Below are positions 19,499 through 26,929 of a stretch of 64,000 nt of DNA, in pieces. This DNA comes from a virus (taxonomy: Duplodnaviria > Heunggongvirae > Uroviricota > Caudoviricetes). The stretch is from IMG/VR virus record IMGVR_UViG_3300018080_000104, positions 67,454-131,453 of that record. One strand, 5' to 3'. Numbering within the stretch: the stretch's first letter is position 1; every line of letters begins with the position of its first letter. The notes below the pieces were generated by a model, which was given only the letters and a program-made list of their open reading frames with translations, was not told the origin of the DNA and searched no databases. Both the position numbers and the translations under genes were made by a program.

Positions 19499-21289
19499 TT
19501 ACAGTGTATTGATATCGACGTTTTTGGCTGTAGTTTGGACGCGCCGCGACTGTCGTCCCTGTTTGGTCTTTTGTGATCGTCCGTGAACAGGTGTTGTCCG
19601 TTCCCGGCAGAATTTGCGGATTTCTTCGAGATCTGCGCCGCATAGCCGCGATAACGGTACCAATATTTTCGCCGCTTCCAGCAGATCGTCCAGACTCGGC
19701 GCCACGTCTTCGGCAGTTGGCGAAGCCGGGGCTGGCTCGTTTGCCTTTTCCGTTTCCGCGCAAGCCTGGTCGTAACTGTCCATAGCGCGCGAATACGCAT
19801 TTGCGCGGGCGCTGCGGATCACTTCTTCGATCTCGGCCGGAACGAAACCATCGGTTATCGAGCCGGCGAGCGTTTTGAGTCCTTTACCGTACTTCGCAGT
19901 GTCGATACCCCGCTTTTCGAGATGGATCCTGGCAATCTTCTCCCGAATTTCTTGGTCCGGCAAATCCGTGCTAAAAACGCAATCGAATCTGCCGGTCCGT
20001 AAGAATTCCGGCGGAATACCAGCTGTGCGGTTCATGGTCACAATTACGAACGTTCGATTAGCGTCTTTACTGCGAACATCGCGGCCGCTGAGCCAGCTCA
20101 AAAACGTGCTCAACATTCGGCTAGATACGCCGCTGTCCGCTGCTTGATTTTCGTGACTGCCGGCAAATACCTTGTCGATTTCATCAACCATCAACAGGCA
20201 TTGCGGCATGGCGTCAACCATCTGAATAGCACCGCGAATTTTCTTTTCAGTGCCTCCGACAAATTTATCGAACAGCGCTGCAATGTCCATAATAATCAAG
20301 TCCAAACCGAGTACTTTGGCTGCAGCTTTGGCGATCTCTGTCTTGCCTGTCCCCGGCGGACCAATGAGCACCGCGCCTCGCGGCAGCTCTTGTCCGACTT
20401 CTTGCGCGTGCCTAGTATATGCCCGGGCGCGCACAGTCAGCCAAGAAAGAAAGGAATCGAAACCAGCAAAATGGCTTGCCAGTGGAATTTTTTCATTCGG
20501 AATATAGGTTAGACCCTCCATTTTCCGAATGACATTGGCTTTCTCTTTGGCAATAATGTCAAGGACACTGGCGTTCAGTCCTTTGCTGACGGTTGTTGCA
20601 TAGGACATAATCCTTTGGGCTTCTTCGGACGATGTGCCTAACAATCCGCGGATGATTTTGTCCTTCAGTTCGTCGTCGCAATCAGCGACGTCGGTGTCCG
20701 GATTTGTTTCGCGGAGCGATCGTTGTATCCAGGCAAATACGTCTCGTTCCATCTCGTCGTAATCGGGCAACGAGAAATCTAGCACATCGCAATAATCTTT
20801 GATGTCGCTGTGCGGCGTGGGTGTGTCAGCAAGGATTATGATGGGTCTGACATGCATAGTGTTGTTGAGCTGGTTGGCTTTTGCCAGCTCTGCAATACAT
20901 CGCCGCAAACCATAGTGTGCTTCGTTGTTAATGAATTTGTGCAGATCTCGCATAACGGTCACACAGTTTTTGTTTAGCCCATCGCCGTTTGCAATAGCTT
21001 GCAACGCTTTCAGCGGATCACACAATTTCTTGCTTGCCGGGGCAAGCTCGCCCGTACTTGGGTCAAATTGTTCGGACCATGTAGCGCCATGGACAGCATC
21101 CCAGTAGTAAATTTTGGAATCGGGCAATTTGGGTATGATAGGCGGCGACGCTTCAGCGTCGCCCTCGACTGTCTGTGCTATCGTTCGTTCACAATAGCCC
21201 TCGTCGCCTCCCGGCAAATAGATCCAAAGTATGCCCGAGCCACATTCAATTTTCAATTGCAGTATGTTGCCAAAGTTAGTGTTACTCAT
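19499..21289 (-). CDS. Ycf46-like AAA+ ATPase (degenerate N-terminal AAA plus active C-terminal AAA)
   Basis: GPPGTGKT Walker A, LLMVDEIDK Walker B, TMN sensor, LPPEF-like IPPEFLRTGRFD; start MSNTNF at 21289 coupled to the upstream stop. Confidence 0.9.
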   Translation of the reverse strand: MSNTNFGNILQLKIECGSGILWIYLPGGDEGYCERTIAQTVEGDAEASPPIIPKLPDSKIYYWDAVHGATWSEQFDPSTGELAPASKKLCDPLKALQAIANGDGLNKNCVTVMRDLHKFINNEAHYGLRRCIAELAKANQLNNTMHVRPIIILADTPTPHSDIKDYCDVLDFSLPDYDEMERDVFAWIQRSLRETNPDTDVADCDDELKDKIIRGLLGTSSEEAQRIMSYATTVSKGLNASVLDIIAKEKANVIRKMEGLTYIPNEKIPLASHFAGFDSFLSWLTVRARAYTRHAQEVGQELPRGAVLIGPPGTGKTEIAKAAAKVLGLDLIIMDIAALFDKFVGGTEKKIRGAIQMVDAMPQCLLMVDEIDKVFAGSHENQAADSGVSSRMLSTFLSWLSGRDVRSKDANRTFVIVTMNRTAGIPPEFLRTGRFDCVFSTDLPDQEIREKIARIHLEKRGIDTAKYGKGLKTLAGSITDGFVPAEIEEVIRSARANAYSRAMDSYDQACAETEKANEPAPASPTAEDVAPSLDDLLEAAKILVPLSRLCGADLEEIRKFCRERTTPVHGRSQKTKQGRQSRRVQTTAKNVDINTL

Positions 21290-22311
21290 TCTCTCTCCTG
21301 ATCTGTCGTTCGTATCCGTATATTTCTTAGCAGCCTTTGCCGCTGTGGTGAAACATATGTCGCAGCGGCGGATTCTTGCTCTACTGCTTCGACAGTATCG
21401 TGCTGCCACCGACCACTGCGAAATGCAAAGTGTACTAAAAGCAGAATGTTGCGTAGTTTTGCCGGTAAGTCTGCCGGATTGCGATTACTATGTATGCCGT
21501 GTTCAGCAAATATGTTAGTTATCGAATCGGCGAGCACTATTGCTGCATCATTTTCAGTCTCTTGCTCCGGGATATTCGCCTCCAGGGCGAGATTCAGTGT
21601 TTCGAGCACTTGTTGTTCGCTTGATTCTGTAAAAGCTACAACACTTTCAAGCCAGGCTTCAAACGATTGTCGAACTGCGGCAGTCGACAGTTCGTGGAAT
21701 TCTCCGATTGCAGTGCGCCGGATGCTTTCAAAGGTACGAATTATTTCTGTCATCCGGCCGATGTTGGCTGGCGCCGTATTCGTGTCGCCCATGAGCGCAT
21801 CGCGTGATTCGCGTACGTCCAGTACTATTTCCGTACACGCGCGCACGATTCGCTGTTGATAGCTAAGGGCGGTCCAATCGCGAACGTAGTTGCGAATTAT
21901 AGCTCCCCAGCCCTCTGCGCGCATTACTGGCTCTAGTTTGGTGCGGTACCAGAAGTCATCGGGCATATACAGATACAGCAGAATCATCTGCGGATCGGCA
22001 GTACAGACAAGCACGAGATCGCCGACATTTAACGCTGTCGGACGGCGGAGTGACAAATAATCGCCCTGATAATGTCTGGCAGAAAAAGCTGTAGGCGATA
22101 CTCGCATAACACGTTTGGCCCATAAAAATCGTATGGGAACACACGCGCGCTGCGCTGATTGCCATTCGTCCGGCAGGCTGTCTGTTGTTCGCTGGCCTTC
22201 TACTAAATACGTTTCCAGGGCGGCGTCTAGATGAGCACGTACAACTCGCTGGCCTTGCGTGTGCTGTGTTGCCCGATAGTCGCCTGTTGGCGCATTCGGA
22301 TCGCGGCTCAT
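21286..22311 (-). CDS. hypothetical protein
   Basis: 341-aa ORF with ribosome-binding site. Confidence 0.7.
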   Translation of the reverse strand: MSRDPNAPTGDYRATQHTQGQRVVRAHLDAALETYLVEGQRTTDSLPDEWQSAQRACVPIRFLWAKRVMRVSPTAFSARHYQGDYLSLRRPTALNVGDLVLVCTADPQMILLYLYMPDDFWYRTKLEPVMRAEGWGAIIRNYVRDWTALSYQQRIVRACTEIVLDVRESRDALMGDTNTAPANIGRMTEIIRTFESIRRTAIGEFHELSTAAVRQSFEAWLESVVAFTESSEQQVLETLNLALEANIPEQETENDAAIVLADSITNIFAEHGIHSNRNPADLPAKLRNILLLVHFAFRSGRWQHDTVEAVEQESAAATYVSPQRQRLLRNIRIRTTDQERE

Positions 22312-22344
22312 GTTAAGTCCTGTATTGACAACTGCCAGAGTTTA

Positions 22345-23070
22345 TCAATCTTGAATAGTAAGGGGGTGTGTTTCTTGCCCCTCTTCTTGTTCGATATGGA
22401 GCTGTGCCAGCATCTTTTTGATTGCATCTCTCGGATTTCCATGTAACAATTCCAACGAATCAAGCTGTGCGAGTAACAGTCGCAGTTTGTCTTTTACGAG
22501 TTTATTGATCGTTTCCGTTTTATCTCGCGCTATATCGTAGATCGCATTGAACATTGCAGGGTCGTCGGAAAAGGATGTTTGAATCTGATCCCACAGCTGT
22601 TTGGCGTCAACCAGCTCAAGCCGCAGAATATCTGGCGGTACCATAATGCCTTCTGCCTGAACTGCCTGTTGGATGTATTGCAGTATCTTTTCTGCAAATG
22701 GCTTGGCAGGATTTGCTGGTGGCCATAATATCAGAGCTTCTGTAATTCCCCAGGCTACTTCTGTGGCATCCGCAGGATCAAACACGCGCGGATCGAACGT
22801 GCCGTTATACAAGGTATTACAAAGCCGAATGAAATCAGGGAGACTAATATAGAAGATGTCCGATGTGACCAATTCGATAGCCGCCATCAGTTTGTTGAAG
22901 TTTTCTTGCGGAAATGGAATACCAAAACTTTGCTCAACTTCCATGCGAATTGTTTCGGGATCCCACGACAGGCATTCGATACCGAGCCGGTCAACTGCTA
23001 GTGTCAACAGAATTGTTGCCAGCGTTTCGGGATTCGCTATTATCTTCTTGATCTTGTCTGTGGGCTCCAT
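22345..23070 (-). CDS. hypothetical protein
   Basis: Track ORF 22345..23103; likely start MEPTDK at 23070. Confidence 0.7.
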   Translation of the reverse strand: MEPTDKIKKIIANPETLATILLTLAVDRLGIECLSWDPETIRMEVEQSFGIPFPQENFNKLMAAIELVTSDIFYISLPDFIRLCNTLYNGTFDPRVFDPADATEVAWGITEALILWPPANPAKPFAEKILQYIQQAVQAEGIMVPPDILRLELVDAKQLWDQIQTSFSDDPAMFNAIYDIARDKTETINKLVKDKLRLLLAQLDSLELLHGNPRDAIKKMLAQLHIEQEEGQETHPLTIQD

Positions 23071-23563
23071 TTGCAAGCTCCCTTTGAAACTGATGCCATT
23101 CATTGGTGGCTAGTAATGCCAAGTTATAGCTGACACCTTCAAACGTCCATGGAATGTTATCGCGCTGCTTGCATTCCTGGATATCGTAATATTTGTTCCA
23201 TTGCGGCCATTTAAGGAACCGCCGATCCGCTAATGCAAAAAGCGCAATGTCTGGATGTTCATTGCACTCGAGCTGTTGTCCTATCCGATTGCCTACTGTC
23301 GTTATTTCGGCAGCAAACATCTGCACGATTGCCAATACCTGACTTTCTTTGAGGATCCCGGCTGCTATCATAGCAGCATAGAACCACAGACCAAAAGCTG
23401 CGCCGAACGAAATTACATCGTCTGGCTGCCAGGACGATCGTCGTTTCGAAGCGCCCGGTTCCAGCGCATTCAAAAGAATACGCAGGCCGAGTTGCCCTGC
23501 CTCTGCAAAGCACGCGTGCCTGCGTATGATAAAACCCAGAGACACGTTCACTTTGGGCCTCAA
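22991..23563 (-). CDS. hypothetical protein
   Basis: ATGA-coupled to the upstream gene. Confidence 0.55.
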   Translation of the reverse strand: MRPKVNVSLGFIIRRHACFAEAGQLGLRILLNALEPGASKRRSSWQPDDVISFGAAFGLWFYAAMIAAGILKESQVLAIVQMFAAEITTVGNRIGQQLECNEHPDIALFALADRRFLKWPQWNKYYDIQECKQRDNIPWTFEGVSYNLALLATNEWHQFQRELANGAHRQDQEDNSESRNAGNNSVDTSS

Positions 23564-23853
23564 AGCCTGTTAGCGAACAGGAACTCGGCACGATAGCCGC
23601 CAAGCTTTGTATTGGGATTAAAAGCATCGGCGTCTCCGAGTATGTCGTCCGTTTCTGCGTTGACGGGATTGATTGTCGGCACTTCGCAAAATCCAGCATT
23701 GGAAAAACCATTCTCGCTGGCAATTTTGACGGCCAAATCCCGGCAAGCCCGGCTTTCTGCCTCTTCTCGCGTACCGGCATCAATTACGACTTTGAGCTTG
23801 CCAGCGCCGACACCTGTTACAACCCCGGACAACTTTTCTTTACATTGCAACAT
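23560..23853 (-). CDS. hypothetical protein
   Basis: Likely start MLQCKE with GGAG ribosome-binding site. Confidence 0.6.
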   Translation of the reverse strand: MLQCKEKLSGVVTGVGAGKLKVVIDAGTREEAESRACRDLAVKIASENGFSNAGFCEVPTINPVNAETDDILGDADAFNPNTKLGGYRAEFLFANRL

Positions 23854-24003
23854 AACTATCTCCAATCCAAGTTTACTCAGATTAACAAAAATCGGCCAGT
23901 CCGATCTGCCTAGAAATAGTATGACATATGCTGCTATTGCATTCAAGTCCCTGATAGCTAAGCCAAAATGTAATTATTTTACGGCTAAACCGGAAAATCC
24001 CCC

Positions 24004-24066
24004 GCCGTCCACACATGTTTGGGGCTTCGCCTTGCGGCTCCAGCGACCCATCCATGTGTGGACGGC
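24004..24066 (-). other. long intergenic RNA stem-loop: 14-bp perfect stem, internal G/A loop, GCAA tetraloop
   Basis: GCCGTCCACACATG (24004-24017) is the exact inverse of CATGTGTGGACGGC (24053-24066); apical GCC-GCAA-GGC on the minus strand. Confidence 0.7.
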
Positions 24067-24085
24067 ATCCCTGCTGATCGGACCG

Positions 24086-24550
24086 TTAAGTCTTTACCAG
24101 TTCTGCTGTCGCTGTAACGACGGCTCCGCTCTCTTCTAGTGCTAATGCACACTCGGAGCAGAGCTTCTGTGTAACTGGCGGGCTGTCTTTCTGGTAGATA
24201 TAGGTTACCTCGTGAGTATCCTTTGTACTACCGCAGCCCTCGCAGACTGGTAAAGTCCCAGCCGACAAATTAGGTAAATTTGCCGGCTGGGTTTGCCGAT
24301 TTGCCTTGTGGCTAGGCCAATCAGCTTGTGGCGCAGGAGGAGACGCAGTGCCCCGCACCACTTGTTTTGTCTCTGCTTGTTTTATTGCGTCCTTCAGGTG
24401 CACGATGTACTCGCGAACACTGCGCACCGCCAGAACGCAACAAATTCCGATGACTATATTTATGCTTGTCAACTCCCATCCCTGAGGATGGGTATGGTTG
24501 AGCGCGATGATTAGTGCCAGTCCTAGGACTGTAAAGAATAGATGTTTCAT
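24086..24550 (-). CDS. membrane protein with two N-terminal TM segments and a C-terminal zinc ribbon
   Basis: Start MKHLFF after AAAGGAG; CEGC...CSEC. Confidence 0.65.
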   Translation of the reverse strand: MKHLFFTVLGLALIIALNHTHPQGWELTSINIVIGICCVLAVRSVREYIVHLKDAIKQAETKQVVRGTASPPAPQADWPSHKANRQTQPANLPNLSAGTLPVCEGCGSTKDTHEVTYIYQKDSPPVTQKLCSECALALEESGAVVTATAELVKT

Positions 24551-24568
24551 GTGCTCCTTTCTAAAATG

Positions 24569-24661
24569 GCGAGATATCCGCAAGCCGCTCGCATTACAGC
24601 ATTGAAGTATTGCCAAGTCTCTCTAGAGATTTGACACGTCCAGGACCGGCGGATATCTCGC
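24569..24661 (-). other. intergenic 13-bp perfect inverted repeat enclosing 67 nt
   Basis: GCGAGATATCCGC (24569-24581) and GCGGATATCTCGC (24649-24661). Confidence 0.65.
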
Positions 24662-24684
24662 GTGCATAGTATAATGCCGTACTA

Positions 24685-26340
24685 TTAAAAGGATTTGACA
24701 AAGTCGGCCATTACAGCCGGCGCAGCAGTGTCAAATCCTACAATATCCAGCATACCAGGATCCGACGCATCAGCCACGCTATACTCATTAGCCGCAAAAG
24801 CTACTGCAATGAGTTTTGCCGGCCGCTGCATTTTTTCGCGATACTGTTGCAGCGCTTGGACTGGATGGATGGGCCCCACCCAGTGCTCGTTGTCCGTATA
24901 GACAACAAACACGTCTACTGGTAGCTCGTGTTTCAAGGCATACAGTATCGGGAGCGAACAGTTTGTGCCCCCCGGCCGGTATCTGTGAGTCTTGCGTACG
25001 ATTTCCCGCATTGGTGTATTCGGCGGGTAATCCACGGGCACAACGCCGTATTTGCACCCGACCATGTCGGCATTCGAAAACACACACGTGTGTGTGTTCG
25101 TTTCCGTCCTGGATGTAATCATTGCCATAGCAGCCGCCGCTTCCCTGGCATGCAAAAACGTGCCAGCAATCACGCTGGCAGGCCACGCCATGGACGCCGA
25201 AATGTCGATTGCCAGCAAGTGATTCTTACCAGTGCATTCGACACTTTGGAACGTGCCGACGAAGGCATCGTCCAGTGCGCCAATCACACTGTGATCCGGC
25301 TGCCAGGTCAGTTTACCCCTTAGGCCGCAGCCCGCAGAATAAATGCTTGCAGCCATTAGTACAGCCATCGGATGCACGCGCTTACTGCACAACCAGTCAT
25401 GATCGTTGAGTTTCGCCGTGACCGTCTTAGCTGCTTCCGACAAAGGCACTAACAGCTTGACACTTGCCAGCTTGCCCAGGTTTCGCAGTAAGGCATGCGG
25501 AGGCATTTGTTCCAGCAGCGCCTCCCACACTTCCGGTGAATTGAGCGCCTCAGTGGGCAAGTGCTCGCGTTGCAGGCCGTATTCCCGGATCATTCCCGGG
25601 AGCGCCTTTACGGGCGCGCATTTTGCCTCTTCATAGGCCTGGATGATTTGTGGCCTATACTGCGGATCGGATGGAAAATGGCCATCCGCTGGCGGCGATT
25701 GTTTGCCAGTGGCCCACGCAAACGTTGCAGCCATTGCATTGCTAGTCGGCTTTGCGTGGCATTTTCGCAGGATGTCACAGTGGCTCCACGTGGCCCCTTT
25801 TTGGCCTTCGCGGACACGTCGGCTTCGGTATTTGCTGACCTGAAAAGCCAGCGCATCGACATCTTGCTCTGTGTACCAGCTGGCCACGCTATTGCGCAGC
25901 TTGCTGCCCCAGCCGCGGAAGTGCTGGACCATGTCGCAGAACTGCATAATGTGTGCGCCAATTCGGCAGACCTTACGTAGATTGGCTGCGACCATGTCGA
26001 CGCATTGTCGTTCGGCAGCCAGTCTTGCAAGGCAAAAGATTGCCGGATCGTTCTTTGGCGCTCGGCCGGAATCGGACACCTCGACGACCATATCGACGCA
26101 CCGTTTCGGATTTTCAGCCGTGCATTCCAGTAATGCCCGGCAGTTCGAAATGGTCAACTCTTTTTCGTTGGCATAGTATGTGCCGCCCTCGTTGCCGAGG
26201 ATCAAGAATCGTTCCAGTCGTTTCCAACAATCGAGTTGGAAACCAAAACCGCCTGCACGATTTGGCACTTGGTTTTTGCCGGGGATCGGCTCCGACGATA
26301 ATGTTTGTCGCGTGGATGTGTGACCAGCATAATCGGCCAT
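24685..26340 (-). CDS. rsr: Ro60/TROVE-domain RNA-binding protein with C-terminal vWA domain
   Basis: QVPNRAGGFGF...RLERFLILGNEGGTYY, GRAPKNDPAIFCLA, RGWG..LR..V..WY, KYR.R, LLRNLGKL, HPMAVL.A..Y..G.G, vWA MIDAS IDISASM, GGTNC, VYTDNE; AGGAGGAG ribosome-binding site. Confidence 0.97.
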   Translation of the reverse strand: MADYAGHTSTRQTLSSEPIPGKNQVPNRAGGFGFQLDCWKRLERFLILGNEGGTYYANEKELTISNCRALLECTAENPKRCVDMVVEVSDSGRAPKNDPAIFCLARLAAERQCVDMVAANLRKVCRIGAHIMQFCDMVQHFRGWGSKLRNSVASWYTEQDVDALAFQVSKYRSRRVREGQKGATWSHCDILRKCHAKPTSNAMAATFAWATGKQSPPADGHFPSDPQYRPQIIQAYEEAKCAPVKALPGMIREYGLQREHLPTEALNSPEVWEALLEQMPPHALLRNLGKLASVKLLVPLSEAAKTVTAKLNDHDWLCSKRVHPMAVLMAASIYSAGCGLRGKLTWQPDHSVIGALDDAFVGTFQSVECTGKNHLLAIDISASMAWPASVIAGTFLHAREAAAAMAMITSRTETNTHTCVFSNADMVGCKYGVVPVDYPPNTPMREIVRKTHRYRPGGTNCSLPILYALKHELPVDVFVVYTDNEHWVGPIHPVQALQQYREKMQRPAKLIAVAFAANEYSVADASDPGMLDIVGFDTAAPAVMADFVKSF

Positions 26341-26353
26341 TGGATACTCCTCC

Positions 26354-26448
26354 TGGCTAGAAAAGGAACGGCCGGGGCATTTGCCCGGCCGTTTACCCGG
26401 ACGCTTTCGCGTCCTTGCACATGCAGATAACCCTCTCGAATTCGGCCA
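26354..26448 (-). ncRNA. Y-RNA-like element 4, abutting the ro60 ribosome-binding site
   Basis: 5' UGGCCGAAU (26441-26448) and 3' UUUCUAGCCA (26354-26363); internal GGACGC-GAAA-GCGUCC hairpin and a 10-bp GC hairpin. Confidence 0.5.
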
Positions 26449-26478
26449 TCACAAGGGCTAATTGATCACGAAAGGGAG

Positions 26479-26551
26479 TGGCAGTCGGCGGAGTCGAACC
26501 GCTTTTATCCTAGCTATGCTAGAATCGTGTTGCCGTTACACTATTCTGCCA
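26479..26551 (-). tRNA. degenerate tRNA-like element (not a canonical decoding tRNA)
   Basis: UA-GUGU-AACGGCA-ACAC D arm; GCGG-UUCGACU-CCGC T arm; UGGCAG/CUGCCA terminal stem; middle arm is a 7-bp stem with a 5-nt CAUAG loop and no U33. Confidence 0.6.
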
Positions 26552-26558
26552 AATACCA

Positions 26559-26630
26559 TATTGCAGAGCTAATTGGTGCGACTGGTGCAAATTTACCATA
26601 AGTTAACCCAGCCTCTTCGGCCCTGCAATA
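26559..26630 (-). ncRNA. Y-RNA-like element 3 (short)
   Basis: UAUUGCAGGGC/GCUCUGCAAUA 11-bp terminal stem, then CGAAG opposite CCAAUUA, then GGCUGG/CCAGUC stem. Confidence 0.65.
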
Positions 26631-26638
26631 GGGTATAG

Positions 26639-26668
26639 TGCACACTAGCGGGGCCCTGCTAGTGTGCA
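26639..26668. other. perfect 11-bp hairpin separating Y-like elements 2 and 3
   Basis: TGCACACTAGC/GCTAGTGTGCA; on the minus strand the U6 run precedes the stem, so it is not a canonical terminator. Confidence 0.6.
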
Positions 26669-26675
26669 AAAAAGT

Positions 26676-26803
26676 CCTCGGCTAGTTGTTGAAGATCGGT
26701 TTTTAAGCCCGGGGTCGAACCGGGATCTCCGACATTGTCGGTGTTCTACCATTGAACTATCTTCGTTTTGATGGTAACGATAACGATCTTCATTCGGCCG
26801 AGG
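26676..26803 (-). ncRNA. Y-RNA-like element 2 with an embedded tRNA-like core (YrlA-like)
   Basis: CCUCGGC/GCCGAGG stem, CGAA opposite ACAACUA, UGAAGAUCG/CGAUCUUCA stem; inside are the D arm UAGUUC-AAUGGUA-GAAC and the T arm CCCGG-UUCGACC-CCGGG. Confidence 0.8.
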
Positions 26804-26817
26804 GGATCTCCGAAATA

Positions 26818-26887
26818 ACTTGTCGTAGCTAGTTGGATGGTTGGGGAGGTGATAACGGAGAACCCAACCATTTCGGCCGCGACAAGT
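26818..26887 (-). ncRNA. Y-RNA-like element 1 (short)
   Basis: ACUUGUCG/CGACAAGU stem, GGC/GCU, CGAA opposite CCAACUA, AUGGUUGGG/CCCAACCAU stem. Confidence 0.7.
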
Positions 26888-26899
26888 ATCCTCTGGACA

Positions 26900-26929
26900 A
26901 GCATACCCGGAGGAAAGCATACTTGTCAA
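26900..26929 (-). promoter_or_regulatory. sigma70-type promoter for the Y-RNA/ro60 unit
   Basis: TTGACA (26929-26924), 18-nt spacer, TATGCT (26905-26900); about 12 nt upstream of the 5' end of element 1. Confidence 0.6.

Noticed and set aside
24631-24675. Plus-strand TTGACA and TATAAT as a promoter antisense to ro60
   Set aside because: The boxes are 33 nt apart, incompatible with sigma70 spacing
26354-26887. CRISPR array or group of ordinary tRNA genes
   Set aside because: Only 6-7-nt motifs are shared rather than 25-40-nt direct repeats; both tRNA-like parts lack a normal anticodon loop and full acceptor stem
26645-26929. Track ORF of 94 aa (and 26202..26420, 26833..27066) across the RNA array
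   Set aside because: No ribosome-binding site or recognisable protein features; the region is better explained by paired RNA structure
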